Shown here piece by piece: positions 25,990 to 39,606 of a stretch of 64,000 nucleotides of DNA. The notes beneath the pieces are model-generated. The model was not told the DNA's origin. It saw only the letters and a program-made list of their open reading frames with translations, and made no database searches. This DNA is from Mustelus asterias. Lineage: Eukaryota. Position numbers and translations under genes: made by a program. The stretch lies in NCBI RefSeq assembly GCF_964213995.1, contig NC_135803.1, forward strand, positions 83,762,001 to 83,826,000. Direction: 5' to 3'. Position 1 is the stretch's first letter. Every line of letters begins with the position of its first letter.

Positions 25990-26998
25990 TATTCCAGTGT
26001 TAGTAAAGACCATCGATTGTAATATGCCCTGTGTTAGTAAAGATCACAGATTGCAATATTCCCGTGTTAGTAAAGATCACAGATTGTAATATTCCACTGT
26101 GTTAGTAAAGATCACAGATTGTAATATTCCACTGTGTTAGTAAAGATCACAGATTGCAATATTCCCGTGTTAGTAAAGATCACAGATTGTAATATTCCAC
26201 TGTGTTAGTAAAGATCACATTGTAATATTCCACTGTGTTAGTAAAGATCACAGATTGTAATATTCCACTGTGTTAGTAAAGATCACAGATTATAATATTC
26301 CACTGTGTTAGTAAAGATCACAGATTGTAATATTCCACTGTGTTAGTAAAGATCACAGATTGTAATATTCCACTGTGTTAGTAAAGATCACAGATTGCAA
26401 TATTCCACTGTGTTAGTAAAGATCATAGATTGTAATATTCCACTGTGTTAGTAAAGATCACAGATTGTAATATTCCACTGTGTTAGTAAAGATCACAGAT
26501 TGTAATATTCCACTGTGTTAGTAAAGATCACATTGTAATATTCCACTGAGTTAAAGATCACAGATTGTAATATTCCACTGTGTTAGTAAAGATCACAGAT
26601 TGCAATATTCCACTGTGTTAGTAAAGATCACAGATTGTAATATTCCACTGTGTTAGTAAAGATCACAGATTGCAATATTCCACTGTGTTAGTAAAGATCA
26701 CAGATTGTAATATTCCACTGTGTTAGTAAAGATCACAGATTGTAATATTCCACTGTGTTAGTAAAGATCACATTGTAATATTCCACTGTGTTAAAGATCA
26801 CAGATTGTAATATTTCACTGTGTTAGTAAAGATCACAGATTGTAATATTCCACTGTGTTGGTAAAGATCACAGATTGTAATATTCCACTGTGTTAGTAAA
26901 GATCACATTGTAATATTCCACTGTGTTAAAGATCACAGATTGTAACATTCCCCAGTGTTTGTAAAGATCACAGATTGTAACATTCCCTGTGTTAGTAA
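25990..26998. repeat. 35-bp tandem minisatellite (CAGATTGTAATATTCCACTGTGTTAGTAAAGATCA), ~28-29 copies
   Basis: Highly homogeneous direct repeats with no spacers. Confidence 0.97.
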
Positions 26999-27304
26999 AC
27001 AGATTTAACAGAGTACCTCTGTAAATATAGGTTAAACCAGAACAAAACTTCATAATGAATCTTAATCCGGTGTAATTTATGGAGGGGCTGTCATAATAGT
27101 TAAACCTATCGCTAATGAAACTCTTTGTTCTGCTGCATCTCTGCTGGTATTATGATATGGAATTGCTTCAACAATCCTTACAGACATTAATGGAAAGCAG
27201 CGTTTAGAACTCTTTTGTCACAATAAGCATGAATTTTGTATTTAAATCCAAAGAGATGGATTAGTCTGGAGAGTTAAATTAACAGGTTCTCAGGTTGAGG
27301 AGTA

Positions 27305-27540
27305 GTTCCCTACAGTGCGGAAAGAGGCCATTGGGCCCATCGAGTCTGCACCGATTCTCCGACAGAGCATCCCACCCAGGCCCTATCCCTGGAACCCCAC
27401 CGATTTGCCCCACAAATCCCCTAACCTACACATCTTGGCACACTAAAGGGCAATTCAGCATGGCCAATCCATCTAATCTGTGCATTTTTGGAGTGTGGGA
27501 GGAAACCGGAACACTCGGAGGAAACCCGTACAGACACGGC
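27305..27540 (-). mobile_element. HE1-like SINE, 5'-truncated
   Basis: Reverse complement of the SINE core and tail. Confidence 0.8.
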
Positions 27541-28399
27541 AGCGGAGATGTTTTCACATTTCACTTTGGAATGCAGACAATGCCTGAAGATGGTACAGGT
27601 AGGTGAATGAGCTATTGTTTTTGAAGCCCTTCAGGAATGCAGTTCCGTTTGTAAGGCTGTTGTGTTTTCTCGGTGGCTTCTTTCAGGGATAATCACACAC
27701 CACCGAGAAGATCTGTTGCCCTGCTATCAAAGTACATACGTTTATTTGTGAATCTACTGTTGTTAGTTGCAGATCTGTCTTTTTCTTCCTGCAAATGTAT
27801 TTTGGGAACTGATTCTGTTCCCTATGAATGTATATTTGGGTGGTTAGGAAATGGTCATTGCCATTTTAAACACGATAGGCAATCGGCAATAATATTAGAA
27901 GCAGAGAGAAATGAAATGATTTGTCAGAAATTAATCTGGGATCTTTTCTCGCCTAAGTAATCCCGTCCCCCATTCTCTGAATGTGTTTTCCTCAATGATT
28001 TATATTTAATTATACTTTCAATTCTGTCAGTGTTCCTTCATGGTGCCTGCAGTCCTGGGCAATGGGGTTGCTACATGTAGTCCTGTGGGTAGTTTTTGAA
28101 ATAATCCTATCAAACTAAAAAAAAACACAAATGTTTACTGCCCGAATTCCTGAATAACGAGATTTAAAAGTGTAAAAAGTAAAAAAAATCCACCTTTTCA
28201 CTGTCTGTCGCCAGTTTTATTGTACATTGCTCTATATCGTTAAAGGTTTGCGATTCAAGATAAAATGCAGATAGTTTTAATCGCAGCACTGTCTTTAGTT
28301 TTCACGGTTTACTGTAGAAATTTCCTGTTGAATATTCAGGCTAATGTTTGCTCAGCTTCCCAACAGCCAATGTCTATGAGACTCTCCTCCGTTTCATAC

Positions 28400-28575
28400 T
28401 TGCAATTTAATGCCTAACATTCCTCAAATTCATACCATGATCTTGTGATTATTGAAACACCTACCGCCAGTCTGGATGGCTATTTTTGTCAGCCTGACGT
28501 GCTGTCACAGGAGACGGTTCCCAGGGCAGTTACTGGGCTAGGGGAGCCTCAGAAACAGAATGTGACCGGGTGAGT
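28400..28575 (+). promoter_or_regulatory. Candidate AMOTL2 promoter / non-coding first exon ending at 28569
   Basis: CATTCC at 28418, CRE-like TGACGT at ~28495 and a strong donor CGG|GTGAGT at 28570; the first coding exon has an acceptor at 30250, so an upstream exon is needed. Confidence 0.4.
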
Positions 28576-29267
28576 GCTGCTAAATTGTCTCCTCTCATTT
28601 TGTTGGACATCGGTGGAGGATTTGCAGCGAGAGGGAGGGAAAGGGACTGTCCGGCCTGACACAATCATTGTACAATAGTGTGTCCTAAACAAATCAATCA
28701 CTTCACGGACTTTGCTCTCTCTGAGGGTTCATTGATCATGTCAACTTTGCCAGATTTCAAACTCTAATTTAAATGTATTGATTAAGGATACTAAGACCAT
28801 GGAAAGGATGGAGAGATTGATTAGAACATTGCGACAACGGTGAAGACCTTCGGTTTTGCAGAGAGATTGAGGAAAGTGGGATGATTCTCTGTAAAGGAGT
28901 GAAGATTCGGGGGGCGGGAGGTGTGGGATTTGGTACCTGTTCAAACTCAGTTCAAGTGAATCTGGAGTTTTCAATGTGGGAGGGTCGATAACCGAAGGAC
29001 ACAGAATTAGCATGCTGGAGAATACTGGAGTGGAGTGAACTGTTACCATCTGCCTGAAAGACAAGCAGTTTCATAATTACTTTCAAAAGGGAATCAGATA
29101 CATCATTGAAATGAAAATAAATAAATCAAGTGGGGAAAGAACATGGAATGTGAGACTAAAGTTCATTCAAAGAGCAAAATGGGCCAATTGGCTGCCTTGT
29201 GTTCTGTAAGATTCTATTAAGTATATAACTATTCAACTGAATGATTTTACCATTTAAGTCTATACCT

Positions 29268-30163
29268 GTGTGAATGTGTGCTTGTGAGTGTTTATGTTTG
29301 CATGTATGTGTGTGTATGTGTTTCTTTATATGTCGGCATTAGTGGGTTTGTGTATGCCAGTGTTTGTGTGCTGTCAGTATGTGTGCCTGTGAATGTGTCT
29401 GTGTGTGTGCCAATATGTGTGTGTCACTGTGTGTGTATGTCAGCATATGTGTGCCTGTGTGTTTGCATGTCAGTCTGAGTGCATTTGTGTGACTGTGTGT
29501 GGCAGTCTCTGTGTGTGTCGGTATGTGTGTGTGATTGTGTGTGTATGTCAGTGTGAGTTTATTTGTATGAGCTCTGTTATCAGTGTCCAGGGAACAGAAC
29601 TGCAGTCCAATCATTGACTCCAACGAGAGAGAAGAGAACTGGAGTGAGACCCAATTGTTAGTATGGGATAGTCCAGGTTTAGCAAAGAAGCTGAATCTCC
29701 TCAGTGTGTGCGTGTATGTCAGTATGTGTATGTCGTTGTGTCAGTGTGTGTAAGTATGTGTCAGTGAGTGTGAGTCAGTGTCTGTGTGTGTGTTAGTCTG
29801 TGTGTCACTGTGTATTAGAATGTGTCTCTGTGTCACTGTGTGCATGTCTGTGTGTGTGGACGTATATGTGTGTGTGTCTGTGTGTCGGTGTAAGTATGTG
29901 TGTCGGTGTGAGTTTGTCTGTTGGTGTGTGTATCGGTGTCGGTGTGGGTGTGTTGTGAGTGTGTGTGTGTTGATATGTGGGTGTATCGGTGTGAGTGTGC
30001 ATGTGTTGATATGAGTGTGTGTGTGTTTGTATGTGTGTGTGTCTGTTTATGTGTGTGCGTTAATGTGTGTGTGTGTATGTCGGTGTGAGTGTGTGTTGGT
30101 GTGTGTGTGAGTGTATGTGTGCGTGTGTCAGTGTGTGTGTGCGTGTGTTGGTGTGTGTGCCAC

Positions 30164-30199
<36 letters not shown>

Positions 30200-30205
30200 A
30201 GGGTG
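29268..30205. repeat. Degenerate (TG)n microsatellite tract interrupted by a unique 134-bp insert
   Basis: TG-rich low-complexity sequence with a pure (TG)n run near 30166-30198. Confidence 0.92.
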
Positions 30206-30268
30206 TATGAGTGAATGCCTGAAACTCATTGTCCTGTTCTTGTCTTTTAGGATATATCCATTAACTGA

Positions 30269-31093
<825 letters not shown>

Positions 31094-32054
31094 TAAATAT
31101 ACTCTATACAATCTCACACTTCAGAGGGGATAATGGCCTAAAGGACTCTGCCTGCACTCCTTTCCCTCATTACTGCCCAGATATATGTGATGGAGTTTGT
31201 GCATGTTTTGGGGCAATGGATCAGAGCACATCACGCTCAGTCATAATCTTATTAAACAGTGGAGCAGGCTCAAGGAATTGAATGCCTCCTCCTGTTCCCA
31301 TTAATGTTTCAACTCTGACATCCTCATGGTCAAATAGCTTATGACCACCAGGAAAGACTCTCATCTGAAGAATGCCCACAGGTGAAGCTCTGTTATCAGT
31401 GTCCAGGGAACAGAACTGCAATCATTGGCTCCAACGAGAAAGAAGAGAACTAAAGTGAAACCCAATTGTTAGTATGGGATAGTCTAGGTTTAGCAAAGAA
31501 GCTGAATCTCCTCAAATTGCTTGCTTGCTGGGTTTGATTTGGCAATCAGCATTCTTCTTTAGCTATGAGAAGATAAGATCCAATAGAATCAGGGTGTGAG
31601 TAGAAAGATCCCAAAGCTGGAATAATTACAAATTATAAGTCCCTAATCCATGAACAATCATTTTAAGAATGTTTGGTATTGTCAATTTGAGTAATAACTA
31701 GATATTAATTACTAATAATGATTAGTTACTAATAAGCCATGCCCATCCTCAACTAAGAGCATTTATGCAGAATCCAGGAGACATACACAGCATTATTTGT
31801 TTGCAAGATCGGTCTTCATTGTCTCATACAGAAGGATTTGAAGGGCACAGATCATTACACTGACACATTTCAGCCTAACCATTCAATTACCCATTTATTT
31901 AACTAGTCCTGAAGCACAACCTTGACAGAAAAAAATGAGTATCAGCTTGTGATTTTCCTTTCACTAAACTCTTTCCTGCCATGCCCTTCCTTTCTTTGGT
32001 CATTAATCACTTGTTGGGGTGAACACTGACAGGTGAAGTAGTGTCGAGCTAGTC

Positions 32055-33060
32055 ATAAGAACATAAGAACTAGGAGCAGGAGTAGGCCATCTGGCCCCTC
32101 GAGCCTGCTCCACCATTCAATAAGATCATGGCTGATCTTTTCATGGACTCAGCTCCACTTACCTGCCCGCTCACCATAACCCTTAATTCCTTTACTGTTC
32201 AAAAATGTATCTATCCTTGCCTTAAAAACATTCAATGAGGTAGCCTCAACTGCTTCACAGGGCAGGGAATTCCACAGATTCACAACCCTTTGTGTGAAGA
32301 AGTTCCTCCTCAACTCAGTCCTAAATTTGCTTCCCCTTATTTTGAGGCCACACCCCCTAGTTCTAGTTTCACCTGCCAATGGAAACAACTTCCCTGCTTC
32401 TATCTTATCTATTCCCTTCATAATCTTAGATGTTTCTATAAGATCTCCTCTCATTCTTCTGAATTCCAAGGAGTATAGCCTGTCTATTCAGTCTCTCCTC
32501 ATAAGCCAACCCTCTCAACTTCAGAATTAACCCCGTGAATCTCCTCTGCACCCCCTCCAGTGCCAGTATAACCTTTCTTAAGTAAGGAGACCAAAACTGT
32601 ACACAGTACTCCAGGTGTGGCCTCACCAGCAACTTATACAGCTGCAACATAACCTCACTGTTTTTAAACTCCATCCCTCTAGCAGTGAAGGACAAAATTC
32701 CATTTGCCTTCTTAATGATTTGCTGCACCTGCAAACCAACTTCTTGTGATTCCTGCACAAAGACACCCAGATCACTCTGCACAGCAGCATGCTGCAATTT
32801 TTTACCATTTAAATAATAGTCCATTTTGCTGTTATTCCTACCAAAATGGATGACCTCACATTTACCAACATTGTACTCCACCTGCCAGACCCTCGCCCAC
32901 TCACTTAGATTATATCCCTTTGCAGACTTTCAACGTCCTCTGCACACTTTGCTCTGCCACTCATCTTAGTGTCATCTGCGAATTTTGACACACTACACTT
33001 GGTCCCCAACTCCAAATCATCTATGTATGTAAATCATAAACAACCAAATCATCTATGTAA
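32055..33060 (-). mobile_element. CR1 LINE 3' fragment
   Basis: Minus-strand ORFs KCEVIHFG...VRPHLEYCVQFWSP and RNFFTQRVVNLWNSLP; CATAAGAA tail. Confidence 0.93.
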
Positions 33061-33404
33061 ATCGTAAATTGTAGTCCCCTGCACCCAGTGCCCAAGTGAG
33101 ATTACCTTAGAAGGGAAATCTGGTCTTCCTGTGTGGAATGAACTGGCACCTTCAATGACCTACATTGTGCATTCCATGGCCCTTGTCAGAAGTTGTAATT
33201 CTTTGTTTGAGCAGTTCAGAGTTCCTTTGCAACCTCTATTATTGTCAATTAGTTATTGTAACGGAACCAAATCCAAGAAGAAGAAATCATTTTGCTTGTT
33301 TGCTATAGACTGAGAATGCCTGGTATATGAGATATTAATGTTGGACCAATGGTAAACACGCCATGACCGTATCACATCCTTTTACAAATGTAACCTTTTT
33401 AATA

Positions 33405-34278
33405 AAGTCGGTGGAGTTGTGGACAGTGCGGAAGGTTGTTGCAGGTTACAGAGGGACATAGATAAGCTGCAGAGCTGGGCTGAGAGGTAGCAAATGGAGT
33501 TTAATGCGGAACAGTGTGAGGTGATTCACTTTGGAAGGGGTAACAGGATTACAGAGTACTGGGCTAATGGTAAGGTACTTGGTAGTGTGGATGAGCAGAG
33601 AGATCTCGGTGTCCATGTGCATAGATCCCTGAAAGTTGGCACTCAGGTTGATAGGGTTGTTAAGAAGGCGTACGGAGTGTTAGCTTTTATTGGTAAAGGG
33701 ATTGAGTTTCGGAGCCATGAGGTCATGTTGCAGCTATACAAAACTCTGGTGCGGCCGCACTTGGAGTATTGTGTACAGTTCTGGTCGCCACATTATAGGA
33801 AGGATGTGGAAGCATTGGAAAGGGTGCAGAGGAGATTTACCAGGATGTTGCCTGGTATGGTGGGAAGGTCTTATGAGGAAAGGCTGAGGGACTTGAGGTT
33901 GTTTTCGTTAGAGAGAAGAAGGTTAAGCGGTGACTTAATAGAGGCATACAAGATGATCAGAGGATTAGATAGGGTGGATAGTGAGAGCCTTTTTCCTCGG
34001 ATGGTGATAGCTAGCACGAGGGGACATAGCTTTAAATTGAGGGGTGATAGATATAGGACAGATGTCAGAGGTAGGTTCTTCACTCAGAGAGTGGTAAGGG
34101 CGTGGAATGCCCTGCCTGCAGCAGTAGTGGACTCGCCAACATTAAGGGCATTTAAATGATCATTGGATAAACATATGGATGATATTGGAATAGTGTAGGT
34201 TAGATGGGCTTTAGATTGGTTCCACTGGTCGGCGCAACATCGAGGGCCGAAGGGCCTGTACTGCGCTGTAATGTTCTA
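33405..34278 (+). mobile_element. CR1 LINE 3' fragment
   Basis: 221-aa ORF of the CR1 ORF2 C-terminus; same subfamily as 1549-1950. Confidence 0.95.
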
Positions 34279-35705
34279 AACACATAAACTATTCTAATTA
34301 AAATTAGCAAAACGGAACCTTTCCGCTAGCATTTTACTCCGTTGATTTTGTCAATTAAATAAATGTATTAGTTTACCAAAGGGCCGTTGACTGTTGCTTG
34401 AGTTTTATTTATGTTGACAAGGTTTCAAAGCTATTTGAAAGTATTGATATAGTGGAACAAGCAGCAATGCCAAGGTGTGTACTGTCGCATTCCAGAAATG
34501 TGTGTAATTCACCGCTTGTTCACCAACAGGAATCTGACATTGAACTGGAGAATTGTTAGGAGTGAGATTTATGATCAGCAAGGCTGAGAGATTGTAAAGC
34601 TATTTCTACACAACTAGTGGTTTTATTTTGTGTGCCAGAAAATCTGTTCTGTGGGTCCATCTTCAGCCTTCATGCTGAGTCTGTAAGATGCTGATCACCT
34701 CATCATCTTCCAGGAAAAGCAACGATAGGTTGTTGGAAAAGCCTGAGATGTCAACTGAGAAGATCACATTCCAAGGGAGACTTAAGCTTGAACAGATTTA
34801 CTGTCGATATAGACTTGAACAGAATAACAACTATGTTGACGCAAGGAATTCTGAATCTTGTTCATTATTTTCTCAGAGCAAAATGAGAACCAGTTTCAGA
34901 ACTATTACTTAGGACCAAAAAACCCATGAAACAAGAGGTCAGCCCTCATAGGATGTTCAATTTGTACAGGAGACAGAAATTCTCATTGACAAATTACCAT
35001 CACTTATGATAAATGAAGAGGTTTAAAAGGGGTTGTGGTGTTCGTTCATTGATGGTTGTCTGATGATTAGTGTAGTCCGAACTGATAGTCTAATTAACTC
35101 CATAGTATTAAAACTCTTCTGGAAACGTTACTTTTATTGAGCTGCAGTCACAGTGAGAGAGGTTTGAAAGGTCTGGGACAGTGTGATCCTTTGACTTAAC
35201 TGAGTATCAGACAATGTATTGTAATTGAGAACACTGTTTTACAGCTTTGAAAGAACCTATGGAACATATTCCACTTGTTAGTAAAGTATATTGCTTTACA
35301 TTTGGAAAAAATCTTTGCAAAGTCACTGCTGCTAGTGATGTCAGAGGCTCTGACTTATTTAGAAATCATCCAAGGAATGTTCGTTGTAATATTAGAATTT
35401 TTGATCCATCCTATTTTCCCAATGGTTTGTTTAGATGCATTGAACTTGGATAGAGTTTGACAATTCCTATTCAGATTTCTCCCTGGGTTTTATGAACAGG
35501 GATATTTAAATTATACTTCTTATTCAATCAAACCTTCCTTTTAAAACAAGGCTTTTGTCTGTCCCTGAGCCAGTGGTGATGTAGAAACCTGCAGTGTGCA
35601 ATTAAATACTGAAGCAAATAGTAAGCTGTTGGTGCAGCAAGGTTACATTCCAGACAATGGAACCTTTTGTGACATCTTGTCCATTTGTGTCAATGTTTTG
35701 ATTAG

Positions 35706-35955
35706 GATGACTCAAGCTCAGGCTCTGCATCCTGCCCAACAGCAGAGACACAGCCTCCTGTCCTCTCCAATCTCTTCACAAATGGAAACATTGATAGTTA
35801 CTGAGGAGCTTCAGGGCAGCAGCCAGATGGTGATGGTTGATCATGTAGCACTCATACATCGCGCCCAGCAAATGGTTGAGATGCTGCTTAAGGAGAATGA
35901 AAATCTGAGGAAGGAACTCGATGGCCACACTGAAAAATCAGCTAAGATCCAAAAG
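35706..35955 (+). CDS. AMOTL2: AMOTL2 coding exon 2
   Basis: ttttgattag|G completes the phase-2 Arg codon; encodes RAQQMVEMLLKENENLRKEL...KIQK (start of the coiled coil); donor AAG|GTATGA. The acceptor is less certain than the donor. Confidence 0.85.
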
Positions 35956-37012
35956 GTATGAAGGAATATTTTCATAAACTGTCTCTTTTTCAGTTAGTGC
36001 TGACCAATTGGGTATGTACACTAGCGTCTTGACAGTATAGCTCAATTCCAGTGGGTCCAGTTTGGAATTATTTGCAGTTAAAACCAAATGCAATCCAAGT
36101 TGTAGAGTTGTATATTCTACAATATTGAATGGTGAGGCAATGGAAGCTGATTACGGCAAATATTCTGTCATTTGGAAATATCTGACTTCCATTTGCTGCT
36201 ATATTTTTGCTGCCCTTGGATTAGATAGTTGTGAACAGTTTCAGATGAACTAAACCTCTTGACTACTGCTGTTTGCCGGGCTTGGTTGGATGTAGAGCTG
36301 TTGATAGTGAGCTCTTCTGTAGCTTTCCAAGAACCACCTGTATCTGACAGCGATGGTCTCATTGTCCAATCAGGTGTGCCTGCATCTGTTATTTTTCTGC
36401 ATACTTTGAATGGTTTCTTGTTTGTTATGGCCACGTGTCGTTCTCACTGCTGGAACTGTAATGATATCTGTTATATTGTTTGTCTGATTGCATCCAATAT
36501 GTTCATCAATCTTCATTGATAAATTGTCACCCACAATAGGAATGTTCTGCAGGGTTTCAGAAGGCCAGATTTGTGCAATACTTTCCTCACTCCTGCAATT
36601 TACAGATTTGAATTCCAACAGCATATAATCAGCACCTGATTCACCCTCTACCAAACCATGTTTATTAAAACAAAAGATTGAGTTTTTCCTTGCATACAAA
36701 GAACAAAGAAAATTATAGCACAGGAACAGGCCCTTTGACCCTTCAAGCCTGCACCGACCATGCTGCCCAATTTAAGTAAAACCCTCGACCCCTCCGGGGA
36801 CCATATCCCTCCATTCCCATCCTATTCATGTATTTGTCAAAACGCCCCTTAAAACTCACTTTCATATCTGCTTCCACTACCTTCCCTGGCAGCGGGCTCC
36901 AGGCACCCACCACCCTCTGTGTAGAAAACCTGCCTCATACATCTCCTTTAAACCTTGCCCCTCGCACCTTAAACCTATGCCCTCTAGTAATTGATTCTTC
37001 CACACTGGGAAA

Positions 37013-39606
37013 ACATAGAAACATAGAAAAACTGCAGCACAAACAGGCCCTTCGGCCCACAAGTTGTGCCGATCACATCCCTACCTTCTAGACCTACCTA
37101 TAACCCTCCATCCTATTAAGCTCCATGTACTCATCCAGGAGTCTCTTAAAAGACCCTATTGAGTTCGCCTCCACCACCACTGACGGCAGCCGATTCCACT
37201 CGCCCACCACCCTCTGTGTGAAAAACTTACCCTAACATCTCCCCTGTACCTACCCCCCAGCACCTTAAACCTATATCCTCTCGTAGCAGACATTGTAGGC
37301 GGCACGGTAGCACAGTGGTTAGCACTGCTGCTTCACAGCTCCAGGGTCCCGGGTTCGATTCCCGGCTCGGGTCACTGTCTGTGTAGAGTTTGCACATTCT
37401 CCTCGTGTCTGCGTGGGTTTCCTCCGGGTGCTCCGGTTTCCTCCCACAGTCCAAAGATGTGCGGGTTAGGTTGATTGGCCAGGTTAAAAATTGCCCTTAG
37501 AGTCCTGAGATGCGTAGGTTCGAGGGATTAGCGGGTACAATATGTGGGGGTAGGGGCTGGGTGGGATTGTGGTCGGTGCAGACTCGATGGGCCGAATGGC
37601 CTCTTTCTGCACTGTAGGGATTCTATTCTATTCTATTCTATTCTATTCCACCCTGGGAAAAAGCCTCTGAGACTCCACCCGATCTATGCCTCTCAACATC
37701 TTATATACCGCTATTAGGTCTCCTCTCATCCTTCGTCTCTCCAAGGAGAAAAGACCGAGCTCCCTCAGCCTATCCTCGTAAGGCATGCCACTCAATCCAG
37801 GCAACATCCTTGTAAATCTCCTCTGCACCCTTTCAATCTTTTCCACATCCTTCCTATAGTGAGGCGATCAGAACTGAGCACAGTACTCCAAGTGGGGTCT
37901 GACGAGGGTCTTATATAGCTGCATCATTATCCCCGGACTCCTAAACTCAATCCCTCGATTGATAAAGGCCAGCACACCATACGCCTTCTTAACCACCTCC
38001 TCCACCTGCGGGGCCGATTTTAGAGTCCTGTGGACCCGGACCCCAAGGTCCTTCTGATCCTCTACAGTACTAAGAGTCTTTCCCTTTATATTGTACTCCT
38101 TCATCCCATTTGACCTGCCAAAATGGACCACGACGCATTTATCTGGGTTGAAGTCCATCTGCCACTTGTCCGCCCAGTCTTGCATCCTATCCATGTCCCT
38201 CTGTAACTTCTGACATCCCTCCAGACTATCCACAACCCCACCAACCTTCGTGTCGTCGGCAAACTTATCAACCCATCCCTCCGCTTCCTCATCCAGGTCA
38301 TTTATGAAAATGACAAACAGCAAGGGTCCCAGAACAGATCCCTGGGGCACACCACTGGTGGCCGACGTCCATTTAGAAAAAGACCCATCTATCCCCACTC
38401 TCTGCCTCCTTTGGGCAAGCCAGTTCTGGATCCACCGGGCAGCAGCCCCTTGGATCCCATGCCCCCTCACTTTTTCTAGAAGCCTTGCATGGGGGACCTT
38501 ATCGATCGCCTTGCTAAAATCCAAATAAACCACATCTACCGCCTTCCCTTCGCCAATGTGTTTAGTCACATTTCCGAAGAACTCCACCAGGCTCGTAAGG
38601 CACGATCTGCCCTTGACAAAGCCATGCTGAGTATTCTTGAGCATACTATACCTCTCTAAATGCTCATATATCCTGTCCCTCAGGATCTTCTCCATCAGTT
38701 TACCAACCACTGAGGTTAGACTCACCAGTCGGTAATTACCTGGGCTATCCCTATTCCCCTTATTGAAAATAGGAACCACATCCGCAATCCTCCAATCCTC
38801 CGGCACCTCTCCCGTCTCCATCGACGACGCAAAGATCATCGCCAGAGGCTCTGCAATCTCTTCCCTCGCTTCCCACAGTAACCTGGGGTACATCCCATCC
38901 GGACCCGGCGACTTATCTATCTTGATGCCATTCAAAGATTCCAGCACAGCCTCTTTCTTAAAGTCCACATACTCAATCCTTTCAGTCCACCGCACGCCCG
39001 CAGTACATCCACCCAGCTCCTTCTCCTCTGTGAAAACCGAGGCAAAATACTCATTGAGCACCTCTGCCATTTCTACTGGTTCCGTACAGACTTTCCCGCC
39101 TTCACCTTTTATAGGCCCTATTCCGTCACGTCTCATCCTTTTACTCTTCACATATTTATAGAACGCCTTAGGGTTCTCCTTAATCCTACCTGCCAGGGCC
39201 TTCTCGTGACCCCTTCTGGCTCTCCTAATTTCCTTCTTTAGTCCCCTCCTACAAGCCACATACTCTTCTAAATCCCTATCTTCGCCAAGCTCTCTGAGCC
39301 TTTTGTACGCTTTCCTTTTCTTCTCGACTAGGTCCTGCACAGCTTTCGTGCACCACGGTTCCTTTAACCAACCAACACCTCCCTGTCTGCTCGGAACGTT
39401 GTCCTGTAGAACTCTAGACAGACATTCCTTGAAAAACTGCCACCTCTCTTCAGTACATTTCCCCGAGAATACCTCCTTCCAATTTACTCCTCTAATTTGC
39501 TGTCTAATGTCTTCATATTTCCCCTTACTCCATATAAACACTTTCCTAGCTTGCCTGATCCTCTCTTTTTCCAATGCAAGCCTAAAGGAGATAGAGTTAT
39601 GATCGC
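37013..39606 (-). mobile_element. Young CR1 LINE (inner element) with a 568-aa RT ORF fragment
   Basis: KSPGPDG, GVPQGSVLGPLLF and FADDTK motifs; 5'-truncated; premature stop. Confidence 0.95.
37298..37648 (+). mobile_element. Full-length HE1-like SINE nested in the inner CR1
   Basis: A and B boxes, core and (TTCTA)n tail; interrupts CR1 sequence that is contiguous at 44630-44660. Confidence 0.93.

Noticed and set aside
25990-26998. CRISPR-like array of 35-bp repeats
   Set aside because: The repeats are contiguous with no unique spacers, there are no cas genes and the context is vertebrate.
29278-30014. Val/Cys- and His/Thr-rich ORFs
   Set aside because: Translations of (TG)n/(CA)n low-complexity sequence.
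37868-39574. 568-aa ORF as a host gene or active LINE
   Set aside because: CR1 ORF2 fragment lacking most of the endonuclease, with a premature stop and a SINE insertion.
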